64,000 nucleotides of DNA from Raja brachyura (taxonomy: Eukaryota), in NCBI GenBank assembly GCA_963514005.1, contig OY740789.1:1054001-1118000 (forward strand), read 5' to 3'. Position 1 is the first letter of the stretch; each line of letters begins with the position of its first letter. The translations under genes and the position numbers were made by a program. Below the pieces are notes generated by a model that saw only the letters and a program-made list of their open reading frames with translations, did not search any database and was not told where the DNA came from. This document shows positions 38,601-52,701 of the stretch, in pieces.

Positions 38601-41120
38601 GTTGCCTTTCACCTTTACAGTGGGATCAATATCTCTTAGATTCTGTACGGAATCTGTTTAGAGATGATCTGACACAGAGATATAAGGTCATTGTGAATCA
38701 AACACCACACAGATAGTGACCCGAGTAAAACAGAGTAAAATACTGAATGGATGCTCATTATCTTCCAGTTTAGCGAAGGCCAGAGGTGTCCACATTGTTT
38801 CCCTTTGCACACTGAAGCCGAGTACGTGAAGTGAACGCTTCTGCGTGGCGGTCACTGGGTGATATAATGTAGGCGTGTGTGAAAATGTAAAACATATCTG
38901 GGATGATCAGTGGGGTCTGGATCCCATGTACTTTAGCCAGAGTACACAGACATTTTACAAACCGACCAATGCTGCGATCCATGAGTTCCCCGCCTATTGT
39001 ATATTTCACTTTGATTTAGCAAATTAATGCACCGCAATGCAACAAAATCGATGATGCAATGTTACTTTATTGCCACATGCACTAGGTCCAGTGAAATTCT
39101 TTATGTTTGCATACAACCCAGTAAAATCCCACAGCAGACCTCATCGAGGCAGTGCCCAAAGTCGCCATGTTTCTGGCACCGTGAAAGTTGCCAAATGTCT
39201 ATCGAACAAACACCGATGACAGCTCAGTCAAAAGTCAATTTCTTTGCACCTATAGAATCCGTCCATGAATTAACCATTTAATCATTTAACCTTAGCTGTG
39301 ATTAACCATTTAATCTGTATATCCACTGGAGTCACTCCGCAGGCAATGACACCGCTGGTAAATACATGGTCATCTCCATAAACACTGTTCGTTCCTATTC
39401 TACAAGGGCTGGGGAATGTACTGCTAATATACTGAGCAAAGCCCGCGCAACTGTGTTTTCAACAAATATTATAGAGGAGGGTTAGCCTTGACGAGACCCA
39501 ATGACATCATTCACTTGGCTCATTGGCATGAAATACACTGGGACAGACTAAACTTCTGGAATCTTTTGAGGATGTAACATGTAGAATGTAACAAGTTTTC
39601 CATTGAGAGTAGGGAATATTCAAACAAGAGGACGTGTTTTGAGAATTAAGGGACAGAAGTTTAGGGGTACAAATGAGGGGGAACTTCTTTACTCAGAGAG
39701 TGGTGGCTGTGTGGAATGAGCTTCCAGTGGAAGTGGTGGAGGCAGGTTTGTTTTTATCATTTAAAAATAAATTGGATAGGTATATGGACGGGAAAGGAAT
39801 GGAGGGTTATGGTCTGAGTGCAGGTAGATGGGACTGGGTGAGAGTAAGTGTTCGGCATGGACTAGAAGGGCCGAGATGGCCTGTTTCTGTGCTGTAATTG
39901 TTATATGGTTATATGGTTATATAATGGATGTAGTGTATCTGGACTTACAAAAAGGCCCCACACAGGAGATTAGTGTGCAGAATTAGAGCACATGGTATTG
40001 GGGGTAGGGTATTGACATGGATAGAGAACTGGTTGGCAGACAGGAATCAAAGAGTAGGAATTGACGGGTCCTTTTCAGAATGGCAGTGAGGGAATTGTGG
40101 GTTGTTGCAAGGCAGTGCTGGGACCCCAGTTATTTACAATATATATTAACGAATTAGACGATGGGAATTAAATGTAACATCTCCAAGTTTACGGATGACA
40201 ATGATAGGTGGCAGAGTGAACTGAGAGGAAGATGCTATGAGCCTGCACTGTGCAGGGTGACTTGGATGGGTTGGGTGAGTGGGCAGATAGATGCATGGCA
40301 GATGCAGTATAATGTGGACAAATGTGAGGTGGCAAGATCACAAAGGCAGATTATTATCTGAATGGTGTCAGATTCCTAAATCTGACACCATTCAATGATA
40401 CCTGGGTGTGCTTGTACATCATCACTGAAAGTAAACATGCAGGTACAACAGGCAGTGAAGAAGGCCAATGGCATGTTGGGCTTCATAGCAAGATAATTTG
40501 AGTTTAGGAGCAAAGAGGTCCTACTGCAGATGTACAGGGCCGTGGAGAGACCACACCTGGAGTATTGTGTGCAGTTTTGATCTCCTAATTTGAGGAAGAA
40601 CATTCTTGTTATTGAGGGAGTGCAGTGTAGGTTCACCAGGTTAATTCCCAGGATGGCGTGACTGACATATGATGAGAGAATGGGTCGACTGGGCTTGTAT
40701 TCACTGGAATTTAGAAGGATGAGAGGGGATCTTGTAGAAACATATACAATTCTTAAGGGATTCGGGACGCTAGATGCAGAAAAAATGTTCCCCTTGTTTG
40801 GGGAGTCCAGAACCAGGGGTCACAGTTTATGAATAGGGTGAAGGCTATTTATTATTGAGATGAGCAAAACCTTTTTCACCCAGAGAATTATGAATCTGTG
40901 GACTTCTCTGCCACAGAAGGCAGTGGAGGCCAATTCATTGGATGTTTTCAAGAGAGAGTTAGATTTAGCCCCTATGGCTAACGGAATCAAGGGATATGGG
41001 GAAGAAGCAGGGACGGGGTACTGATTGTGGATGATCAGCCATGATCATGTTGAATGGCGGTGCTGGCTCAAAAGGCCAAATGCCCTAGTCCTGCACCTAT
41101 TGTCTATGTTTCAATGTTTC
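35640..41120. mobile_element. CR1 fragments (35640-36985 +, 37217-38078 -, 39550-41120 + with a nested 3' end at ~39595-39922)
   Basis: CR1 RT motifs and family-specific tails. Confidence 0.85.
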
Positions 41121-42214
41121 TCAGCCTCATCACGCACAACCAGGCCGGGATCATCGTGGGTCAGCTTCAGGCTACTTTACTTCCACCCTACAGCTGAATA
41201 CACATATTACATGTTGATACAAGTCTCCCGCCTCACACTATCCTCAGCCTTTCACACAGAACATGGCTTCCTTCACATTGACATTCGGGTATTGCCAGTT
41301 CTGGGAGACGTGGCGAAAAGTTTATTAAAGAGTGAGTTGGTGTAGAGAGAGCGCTGGGTCAAGGAACTCCCCTCTCCCCATTCCAGCCTTCCGAATGTTC
41401 CCACAAACTACGAGTTCTGGATTTCTTTACCTGAAGTGAAGGTGGATATAATCTCCATTATATTATCAAATGACGAGCAGAAAACCATCTGAAACATTCA
41501 CCATGCTTCTGAATCGGTTGAAGATTTGCATGGGGCACGGCCTAATTCTGTACTGCGGTGGTCGGGACAATTAGATGCTGTTTCTGTCTGTCAGTGTTCT
41601 AATCTGGGACTTCTATTTCTGATTATTTACATCAATGCGTCCAGCTGCGGTCACGTCTATAATAAACACAAAAACAATGTTCCTCAATGTGTTTTCGCAA
41701 CTGACCAGAGGGATTCTTTTCTGGCACTGGCAGCAATAAAGTGACCTGAGATTTCCCGGACAGGATTATATTTTGTGCCAAGGGGATGGCAATAAGATGG
41801 CAGAGAATAACGCGGCGTTTGTGCGAGGGCAATGCAAGTATGCGACACCACTTGTGGAGAACAGGCTGCTCGTCCACAATGTCCATTTGCTAGAGGATTG
41901 AAACCATTCGAACTCAGCACCTTTCACCTTGACCAAAGGACACTCGGACTGACCCAAACATGCCGCATTATTTAACGTCCACAGATTTAACTGCAAAACG
42001 TTTACATTTCAAGAATGAAAATTGAAACATTTCAGATTGGGTCATAATATGTACCTTTGAGAGTCTCAATGTCCTAAATAACCCCACAGCCACTCCGCGC
42101 TTTAAAAATGCTCACCTGATCAGAATCTAGCAAAATATCAGCAATGTAAACACAACAGATTCCGATGAGATCTTCGCAATTTTAGCAAGGCCGATTGTGG
42201 AATAAACATGGAAC

Positions 42215-45200
42215 GATAGAAAATAGGTGCAGGAGTAGGCCATTCAGCCCTTCGAGCCTGCACCGCCATTCAATATGATCATGGCTGATCATTCAACTCA
42301 GTATCCCGTACCTGCCTTCTCTCCATACCCCCTGATCCCTTTAGCCGCAAGGGCCACATATAACTCCCTCTTAAATATAGCCAATGAACTGGCCTCAACT
42401 ACCTTCTGTGGAAGAGAATTCCAGAGACTCACTACTCTCTGTGTGAAAAATGTTTTCCTCATCTCGGTCCTGAAGGAATTCCCCCTTATCCATAAACTGT
42501 CCCCTTGTTCTGGACCTCCCCAACATCAAGAACAATCTTCCTCCATCTAGCTTGTCCAACCCCTTAAGAATTTTGTACGTTTCTATAAGGTCCCCCCTCA
42601 ATCTTCTAAATTCTAGCAAGTACAAGCCGAGTCTATCCAGTCTTTCCTCATATGAAAGTCCTGACATCCCAGGCCTCCGACTGGAAGTCTGTGCAGAGAG
42701 TGGTGAGGACAGCGGAGAAAATCATCGGGACCTCTCTCCCCTCAATCGGGGATATTGCGACCAAACGTTGCGTGTCTAAGGCCAGCAGTATTATAAAAGA
42801 CCCCACACATCTCCATCACGGACTGTTCACTCTGCTGCCCTCGGGAAAAAGATACCGCAGCATAAGGAGCAGAACATCAAGGTTCTGCAACAGCTTCTTC
42901 CCACGAGCCATCAGACTCCTGAATGCCATGTAATGGGCTGCCACCATTGTCTATTTATCCTTTTCACCCATGCCTATCCTTCTGTTAATTTATTTTATTG
43001 TGTTGCACAGGGAGCCAAATGCAACGTAATTTCGTTTGGAACTGCATGTATCAATGTATTTCTAAATGACAATAAAGTTTGTTTGACTTGACTTTGACTT
43101 GACTTTGATCAGTCTGGTGAACCTTTTCTGTACCCCCTCAATGGCAAGAATGGCTTTCCTCAAATTTGGAGACCAAAACTGCATGCAATATTCCAGGTGT
43201 GGTCTCACCAAAACCCTGTACAACTGCAGTAGAACCTCCCTGCTCCTATACTTAAATCCTTTTGCTATGAAAACATCTTGAAAGCATCCAGAGAACCTGC
43301 CTCAATCACCCTCTGAGGCAGAGAATTCCACAGACTCACCACTCTCTGTGAGAAAAAGAGTTTCCTCGTCTCCGTTCTAAATGGCTTACTCCTTATTCTT
43401 AAACTGTGGCCCCTGGTTCTGGACCCCCCCAACATCGGGAACATGTTTCCTGCCTCTATTGTGTCCAAGCGCTTAACAATCTTATATGTGTCAATGAGAT
43501 CCCCTCTCATCCTTCTAAACTCCAGAGTGTACAAGCCCAGCTGCTCCATTCTCTCAGCATATGACAGTCCCACCATCTCAGGAATTAACCTTGTAAACCT
43601 ACGCTGCACTCCCTCAATAGCAAGAATGTCCTTCCTCAAATTAGGGGACCAAAACTGCACACAATACTCCAGGTGTGGTCTCACTAGGGCTCTGTACAAC
43701 TGCAGAAGGACCTCTTTGCTCCTATATTCGATTCCTCTTGTTATAAAGGCCAACATGCCATTGGCTTTCTTCACTGCCTGCTGTACCTGCATGCTTACTT
43801 TCATAGACTGATGTACAAGGACCCCCAGATCCCGTTGTACTTCCCCTTTTCTAAACTTGACGCCATTTTGATGGCAATCTGCCTTCCTGTTTTGGCTACC
43901 AAAGTGGATAACCTTACATTTATCCGCATTAAACTTCATCTGCCATGCATCTGCCCACGCACCCAACCTGTCCAAGTCACCCTGCATCCTCATAGCATCC
44001 TCCTCACCGTTCACACTGCCACCCAGCTTTGTGTCATCTGCAAATTTGCTAATGTTACTTTGAATCCCTACATCAAAATCATTGATGTATATTGTAAATA
44101 GCTGGGGTCCCAGCACCGAGCCTTGTGGTACCCCACTAGTTACTGCCTGCAATTCTGAAAGGGACCCGTTAATCCCTACTCTTTGTTTCCTGCCTGCCAA
44201 CCACTCCTCTATCCAAGTCAGCACTCTACCCACAATACCATGTGCCCTAATTTTGACCACTAATCTCCTATGTGAGACCTTATCAAATGCTTTCTGAAAG
44301 TCCAGGTACACTACATCCACTGGCTCTCCCTTGTCCATTTTCCTAGTTACAGCTTCAAAATCCCAGAAGATTAGTCAAGCATGATTTCCCCTTCGTAAAT
44401 CCATGCTGACTCGGACCGATCCTGTTACTGCCATCCAAATGTGCGACTATTTCATCTTTTATAATTGACTCCAGCATCTTCCCCACCATCGATGTCAGGC
44501 TAACTGGTCTATAATTCCCCGTTTTCTCTCTCCCGCCTTTCTTAAAAAGTGGGATAACATTAGCTACCCTTCAATCCACAGGAACTAATCCTGTCTATAG
44601 AACATTGGAAAATTATCACCAATGCATCCACGATTTCTAGAGCCACTTCCTTAAGTACCCTGGGATGCAGACCATCAGGCTCTGGGGATTTATCAGCCTT
44701 CAGTCCCATCAGTCTATCCAACACCATTTCCTGCCTAATGTGGATTTCCTTCAGTTCCTCCGTCACCCCAGATCCTCTGGCCACTACTATATCAGGAAGA
44801 TTGTTTGTGACTTCCTTAGTGAAGACAGATCCAAAGTACCTGTTCAACTCATCTGCCATTTCCTTGTTCCCCATAATAGATTCACCTTTTTCAGTCTTCA
44901 AGGGTCCAACTTTGGTCTTAACTAATTTTTCCTCTTCACATACCTAAAGAAGCTTTTACTATCCTGCTTTATATTCTTGGCTAGCTTACCTTCGTACCTC
45001 ATCTTTTCTCCCCGTATTGTCTTTTCAGTTATCTTCTGTTGTTCTTTAAACGTTACCCAATCCTCTTGCTTCCCGCTCATCTTTGCTACGTTGTACTTCT
45101 TCCCTTTAATTTTTATACTGTCCCTGACGTCCCTTGTCAGCCATGGTCATCCCTTTCTCCCCTTGGAATCTTTCTTCCTCCTAGGAATGAACTGATCCTG

Positions 45201-47290
45201 CACCTTCTGTGTTATTCCTAGAAACACCTGCCATTGTTGTTCCACTGTCATCCCTGTTAGTGTATCTTTCCAGTCACCTTTGGCCAGTTCCTCCCTCATG
45301 GCCCCATAGTCCCCTTTATTCAACTGTAACACTGACACCTCCGATCTACCCTTCTCCCTCTCCAATTGTAGATTAAACCTGACCATATTATGGTCACTGC
45401 CTCCTAATGGCTCATTAACCTCGAGGTCCTTTATCAAATCCGGTTCATTACACAACACTAAATCCAGAATTGCCTTCTCCCTGGTAGGCTCCAATACAAG
45501 CTGCTCGAAGAATCCATCACGAAGGCACTCTACAAAGTCCCTTTCTTGGGGTCCAGTACCAACCTGATTTTCCCAGTCTACCTGCATGTTGAAATCTCCC
45601 ATAACAACCACAGCATTACCTTTGCTACATGCCAATTTTAACTCCTGATTCAACTTGTGCCCTATGTCCAGGCTACTGTTTGGGGGCCTGTAGATTAGTC
45701 CCATTAGGGTCTTTTTACCCTTACAATTCCTTAGTTCTCTCCATACTGACTCCACATCTCCTGTTTCAATGTCACCCCTTGCAAGGGACTGAATTTCATT
45801 CCTCACCAACAGGGCAACCCCACCCCCTCTGCCCACCTGTCTGTCTTTTCGACAGGAGGTATACCCTTGAATATTCAGTTCCCAGCCCTGGCCCTCTTGC
45901 AGCCATGTCTCAGTAATTCCCACAACATCATACTTGCCAGTTTCCAACTGAGCCTCAAGCTCATCCACTTTATTCCTTATACTTCACGCATTCATATACA
46001 ACACTTTGACCTCCGTATTCACTTCCCCCCTCGCACCGCTCGCAATTTTCCCTGACCTCACTCTGTTGTCCCTTCTCGAGCTTTCCTTCCCATTAATTCA
46101 AGAATCTTTTGTAATATTTCCGTAGATTATCTCCCCATTTAGAAACTAGTCTACGCCTGTGCTGCACTATATTCCGCCTGCCACTTCCCCGCTCACTCTC
46201 ACAACCTATCTCAGTCCTTCTCCAGAGTCCCTGCTTTCTCTACACTACCTGCCCCTCCACATATTTTCATTTCTTCTGCGAACCTGGCCACAAAACCTTC
46301 ATTCCTCTGTCTAAATCATTAATCTACAACATGAAGGATAGCGGCCCCAGCACCGACCCCTGTGGAACTTCACTGGTCACTGGCAACCTACCAGATAGAG
46401 CCACATTTATTGCCACCTTTTGTCTTCTCCCAAACCACAAACCTCCAACTACCAAGATGCACAGCTCCACAATTTGCTACACTCTATTCCCTCTGTCCAT
46501 TCTCTGCCCACTCTCCTATCCTGTCCAAGTCCTTCTGCAGTGTCCCTGCTTTCTCGACACTACCTGCCCCTCCATCTATTTTCGTATAATAACTAATCTT
46601 GGCCACAAAGCTTTCAATCCCCTTATTCAAATCATTCATATACAACGTGAAGAATAGTGGCCCCAGCACTGAGCCCTGAGGTACTCCGCTAGTCACTGAC
46701 AACCGACCAGAAAGCCCCTTAGTTGCCACACATTGCCTTCTGCCATCCCTCCAACCTCCTAGACATGCGAGTATCTGCCCTTTGATATTGTGGTCTCTCA
46801 GTAGCAGCCTCACGTGTGGCAGCTTATCAAAGGCGTTCTGAAAATCTAAGACAATAATATCTCTTTACTCTCCTTTGTCTGCCCTGCTATATACGTCTTC
46901 AAAGACGTTCAGCAAATTGGACAAGCAAGATCTCCTCTTCACAAAGCCATGCAGACCGGCCTATTTTATTGTCAACTTCAAAGTACTCTGTAAACTAATC
47001 CTTTATAATGGACTCTAAAATCTTACCAAACACTGAAGTGAGACTAATCGACCGGCAGTTCTCACGATTCTGCTTTGCTTCCTTCATGTGCATCGGGGCA
47101 ATATTGGCAATTTTCCATCATCTGGGACTACTCCTGACTCTGATGATTCCTGAAATATCACTACCAGCGCCTCCACAATCTCTAAAGCCAACACTTGAGA
47201 ACCCGAGGATGCAGTCTGTCCTTTCCAGGTGACATCCACCTTCAGCCCAGTCAGTTTCCCAAGCACCTTCTCCATAGTAATCAGCATTGG
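42215..47290 (-). mobile_element. Stacked minus-strand CR1 copies, including a near-full ORF2 copy (~43275-46110) and an older copy (~46180-47290)
   Basis: ORFs 45147-45968 (APE: ITETWL, GDFN, SDH), 44560-44901 and 43265-44338 (RT, FADD). Confidence 0.9.
42672..43107 (+). mobile_element. Rex1/Babar 3' fragment inserted in a CR1
   Basis: Near-identical to 24366-24626 in the coding part; AATAAA and (gactt)n tail; host CR1 split at catcccagg / atcagtctggtg. Confidence 0.9.
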
Positions 47291-47866
47291 GGCTCTTTGT
47301 ATAAATTACTGGGGTCCTATATTTAGTAAATGATGCAGGCTACGGACTCTGTACATTTGACGTTATGTCTGACATTAAGTTCCTTAATTCATAAGTGAAG
47401 AGAGCAGAATTAGTTCATTACCAGACTGATTCCAGGGATGTCAGGACTTTCATATGAGGAAAGACTGGATAGACTCGGCTTGTACTCGCTGGAATTTAGA
47501 AGATTGAGGGGGGATCTTATAGAAACTTACAAAATTCTTAAGGGGTTGGACAGGCTAGATGCTGGAAGATTGTTCCCGATGTTGGGGGAGTCCAGAACAA
47601 GGGGTCACAGTCTAAGGATAAGGGGGAATTCCTTTAGGACCGAGATGAGGAAAACATTCTTTACACAGAGAGTGGTGGGTCTCTGGAATTTCATTTCGGA
47701 GTCACGTGAGTGACTTCGTGAAGAGCCCGCCGGCGCGCATGCTCGACATATCGTCGTACCGCGTTGCTGCGACGGCTGGCGGTGGAGCGCGCTCCTCGCC
47801 AGCCCTTCATAAGGGGCCACGGAGGTAAGTATTCTACCTTTAGTTGGTGGTCCTTGTTGTCTGATT

Positions 47867-50800
47867 ATGTCTTGCAGCAAGGACATGGATGGGAGTTTCA
47901 AGGGCCGGAGGATGTCTGGACGAATTCGACGGCCAACAGTTCCGGGGCCATTACCATCGGCAGTACCTGCAACGCAGGCCGGGACTCAGGCGGAGATGTG
48001 GGTAAGCCCTGTGTTTACAGGTCCAAATCCGCCAGCACACCACAGCTCGGAGGAGTTCGACGAGGAGAAGTGTGGTGTGCCGCCAGAGCAGGGGGACCCT
48101 GCCATGGCAGTCAGGTCGTCAGCGGGCTCGCTGGCGACCTCGAGCAGGGCACGTGCCGTTGCACGGCCTGTTCCACTCAGCCCTCCGAGAAGGGGGAGGG
48201 CAGGAGCCCAGAAGCCTAACCCTGTTAGGGCTAAGGCATTGCCTGCCGCGGAGGAGCGGTCAGGTTCCAGGGCGAGACCCGGGGCGGCTGTGAGGTCCAG
48301 CCGGCACACCCCGACTCTCGACGCCGGGACGGGTCGGTTGAGTCGGGTCTCGTCACGGTCGCCGAGCCCCCCATGGATGGGTGGGCGAGACCATGCGTCG
48401 GCAAGGTCCACGATGTGGGCAGCCGGCAAGACTGCGCGGGCCCCAGGCAGCCATGCTTCGGCTGGTGCCGACACCACGCCGCAAGTGTCCTTAGTGGCAG
48501 CGGCTTCAGCTCCCGCTAAACGGAGGCGGTTGAACACGCCCGCGCAGGAATCGCGCAGTTTCGCCTCGGCGGCTGTCAGCGACAACTACCGGCACCGGCA
48601 GGGCCTCGACGAGGTGCGGGCCGATGACAGGAGCCCGGTTTTCTTTTCAGAGCCGGAGGACTCCGACCACCTGAGTGTTCAGGGTGAAGGGCGTATTGAC
48701 CGTATGGAGCGGCTGCTGGAGCTCCTGCTTCAACGTCAACAACAGCAGGGCAGCAACAGGCACAGGGCGTCTTCACCAACATCCACTATCAGCCTGGAGC
48801 AGCAGGAGGAGGAGGTTCTGGTGGATCCTGTACCACCTCCGTTGGAGGTGCCAGCGGAGGAACTCTTGGATGTGGCGACCAAATTCGCGGCCCCACATTC
48901 ATCTGGTCTTCCTCTAAATACAAAGCTGGCAGCCACAGTGGACTTTCTTAATAATCAGGTGCTGCAGGAAGAAGTCCTCATCCAGGCTATGAGCTGTCAC
49001 AAGGCTCCATCAAACTGCAACTCCCTCAACGTGCCTGTGGTCAATACGCCAATATGGGGCAACATCAGTGCGGCTATCCGTCAACAGGAGCTAAAATTGC
49101 AGCGGATCCTGAAACTCCTCACGGCCGGTATTACCGCCTTTGCGCGGTCGGTGGACAGGGACGAACTGAATTTGGACCAGGAAGATGCTCTGGCCCTATT
49201 GTGCGCGACCCAGCACGAAATCACGGGACCAATATCCTGGCGGGGAAATTTGCAAAGGCCACTGGGGAGACTTTAAACTAGAATGGTTGGGGCGAGGGAT
49301 GCAAATAGCAAAAGCTAGTAGACAGAATGGGAGGCAGGAAGCAGGAAAGGGAAGCACTCGGACACAAGAGGAGAAAGAAAAAAAAGGAAATAAACAGAGA
49401 ATAAGAGATGAGGGGTTTCTTAAATGTGCATATTTTAATGCTAGGAGCATTGTAAGAAAGGTGGATGAGCTTAGAGTCTGGATAGACACCTGGAAGTATG
49501 ATGTTGTGGCGATCAGTGAAACATGGTTGCAGGAGGGCTGTGATTGGAAACTAAATATTCCAGGATTTCGTTGCTTCAGGTGTGATAGAATTGGAGGGGC
49601 AAGAGGTGGAGGTGTTGCATTGCTAGTCAGGGAAGATATTACAGCAGTGCTTTGGCAGGATAGATTGGAGGGCTCATCTAGGGAGGCTATTTGGGTGGAA
49701 CTGAGAAGTGGGAAAGGTGTAGCAACACTTATAGGGGTATATTATAGACCGCCAAATGGGGAACGAGAATTGGAAGAGCAAATATGTAAAGAGATAGCAG
49801 ATATTAGTAGTAAGCACAAGGTAGTGATTGTGGGAGATTTCAACTTTCCACACATAGACTGGGAAACACATTCTGTAAATGGGCTGGATGGTTTGGAGTT
49901 TGTAAAATGTGTGCAGGATAGTTTTTTGCAGCAATACATAGAGGTGCCTACTAGAGGAGGGGCAGTGCTGGACCTCCTGTTAGGAAATGAGACGGGACAG
50001 GTGGCGGAGGTATGCGTTGGGGAGCACTTCGGGTCCAGTGATCACAATACTATTAGTTTCAATATAATTATGGAGAAGGACAGAACTGGGTCTAGGGTTG
50101 AGATTTTTGATTGGAGAAAGGCTAACTTTAACGAGATGCGAGATGATTTAAAAGGAGTGAACTGGGACATTTTGTTTTATGGGAAAGATGTAGAGGAGAA
50201 ATGGAGGACATTTAAAGGGGAAATTGTAAGAGTACAAAATCTTTATGTTCCTGTTCGGTTGAAAGGAACCAGTAAAAATTGGAAAGAGCCCTGGCTTTTC
50301 AAGGGAAATTGGACATCTTGTTTGGAAAAAGAGGGAGATCTAAAATAATTATAGGTAGCATGAAGTAAATGATGTGCTTGAGGAGTATAAGGAATGTAAA
50401 AAGAATCTAAAGAAAGAAATTAGAAAAGCTAAAAGAAGATATGAGGATGCTTTGGCAAGTAAGGTGAAAGTAAATCCAAAGGGTTTCTACAGCTATGTTA
50501 ATAGCAAAAGGATAACAAGGGATAAAATTGGTCCATTGGAGAGACCGAGTGGACAGCTATCTGCAGAGCCAAAAGAGATGGGGGAGATATTGAACAATTT
50601 CTTTTCTTCGGTATTCACCAAGGAGAAGGATATTGAATTATGTGAGGTAAGGGAAACTAGTAGAGTAGCTATGGATACTATGAGTTTCAAAGTAAAAGAA
50701 GTACTGGCACTTTTGAAAAATATAAAAGTGGATAAGTCTCCAGGTCCTGACAGGATATTCCCTAGGACATTGAGGGAAGTTAGTGTAGAAATAGCCGGGG

Positions 50801-52699
50801 CTATGACAGAAATATTTCAAATGTCATTAGAAACTGGAATAGTCCCCGAGGATTGGCGTACTGCGCATGTTGTTCCATTGTTTAAAAAGGGTTCTAAAAG
50901 TAAACCTAGCAATTATAGACCGGTTAGTTTGACTTCAGTGGTGGGCAAATTAATGGAAAAGATACTTAGAGATAATATGTATAAGTATCTGGATAAAGAG
51001 GGTCTAATTAGGAACAGTCAACATGGATTTATGCCTGGAAGGTCATGTTTGACTAATCTTCTTGAATTTTTTGAAGAGGTTACTAGGGAAATTGACAAGG
51101 GTAAAGCAGTGGATGTTGTCTATATGGACTTCAGTAAGGCCTTTGACAAGGTTCCTCATGGAAGGTTGGTTAAGAAGGTTCAACTGTTTTGTATAAATGC
51201 AGGAATAGCAAGATGGATTCAACAGTGGCTGAATGGGAGAAGCCAGAGGGTAATGGTGGATGTCTGTTTGTCGGGTTGGAGGCAGGTGACTAGTGGGGTG
51301 CCTCAGGGATCTGTGTTGGGTCCTTTGTTGTTTGTCATGTACATCAATGATCTGGATGAAGTGGTGGTAAATTGGATTAGTAAGTATGCAGATGATACCA
51401 AGATAGGGGGTGTTGTGGATAATGAAGAGGATTTCCAAAGTCTACAGAGTGATTTAGGCCAGTTGGAAAAATGGGCTGAAAGATGGCAGATGGAGTTTAA
51501 TGCTGATAAATGTGAGGTGCTACACCTTGGCAGGACAAATCAAAATAGGACGTACATGGTAAACGGTAGGGAATTGAAAAATACAGTTGAACAGAGGGAT
51601 CTGGGAATAACCGTGCATAGTTCCTTGAAGGTAGAATCTCATATAGATAGGGTGGTAAAGAAAGCTTTTGGTATGCTAGCCTTTATAAATCAGAGCATTG
51701 AGTATAGAAGCTGGGATGTAATGTTAAAATTGTACAAGACGTTGGTGAGACCAAATCTGGAGTATGGTGTACAATTTTGGTCGCCCAATTATAGGAAGGA
51801 TGTCAACAAAATAGAGAGGGTACAGAGGAGATTTACTAGAATGTTGCCTGGGTTTCAACAGCTAAGTTACAGAGATAGGTTGAATAAGTTAGGTCTTTAT
51901 TCTCTGGAGCGCAGAAGGTTAAGGGGGGACTTGATAGAGGTCTTTAAAATGATGAGAGGGATAGACAGAGTTAATGTGGACAAGCTTTTCCCTTTGAGAA
52001 TAGGGAAGATTCAAACAAGAGGACATGACTTTAGAATTAAGGGACAGAGGTTTAGGGGTAACATGAGGGGGAACTTCTTTACTCAGAGAGTGGTAGCGGT
52101 GTGGAATGAGCTTCCAGTGGAAGTGGTGGCGGCAGGTTCGTTGGTATCATTTAAAAATAAATTGGATAGGCATATGGATGAGAAGGGTATGGAGGGTTAT
52201 GGTATGAGTGCAGGCAGGTGGGACTAAGGGAAAAAAGTTGTTCGGCACGGACTTGAAGGGCCGAGATGGCCTGTTTCCGTGCTGTAATTGTTATATCAAC
52301 GGGTTTCGCAAAAACAGCATCCGCCCAGCACTCAACCCGAAGTTTGCAGGATTGTGCAAACCACCGCCGCCGCCGCCGCCCCGTCAGCTCTTTGATGAGG
52401 ACCTCTCGAAGAGAGTCAAAGAGCTTGACGAACAAGCCAAAACGGTGGGGATCATGCGCTCTCAGAGTGCCCCCACACCGTCAGGCTCAAAAGCTCCATA
52501 CATTCGCTCACGAGGGTCGGCCAGTGCCTCGACGAGGACTCACCCTCTAGCTCCACAACGACAACAGCACCAGAACCAGCACCAAGGGTCTTTTTTAGGA
52601 CAGGGTCGACAGAGACCTTGGTGGAAATCGAAGACGCCGCGCCCTCAAGCCAACCCAGCACCTCCACGGCCACCCACACGTGTCAAGGACCGCCGGTAA
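47867..52699 (+). pseudogene. gag: DIRS ORF1 (gag-like), split by a CR1 insertion
   Basis: 47867-49223 joined to 52299-52699 restores the frame (...ALALLCATQHEI-NGFRKNSIRPALNPKFAGLC...LFDEDL...), giving 585 aa. Confidence 0.85.
49224..52294 (+). mobile_element. CR1 LINE (ORF2 with a frameshift and stops near 50295-50358) inserted in DIRS gag
   Basis: ORFs 49185-50348 (APE) and 50374-52227 (RT, YADD); atca duplicated at 49220-49223 and 52295-52298. Confidence 0.95.
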
Positions 52700-52701
52700 C
52701 C

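Larger units (their letters stand above)
29618..39545. repeat. Old tandem segmental duplication: copy 1 ~29618-35145, copy 2 ~36990-39545 (preceding CR1s probably included)
   Basis: Collinear unique blocks: 29618-30290 with 36990-38650, 30600-31730 with 38650-39045, and 34655-35145 with 39045-39545. Each copy carries different later insertions. Confidence 0.85.

Noticed and set aside
47986-48585. 199-aa antisense ORF in the DIRS
   Set aside because: Shadow of the GC-rich gag ORF.
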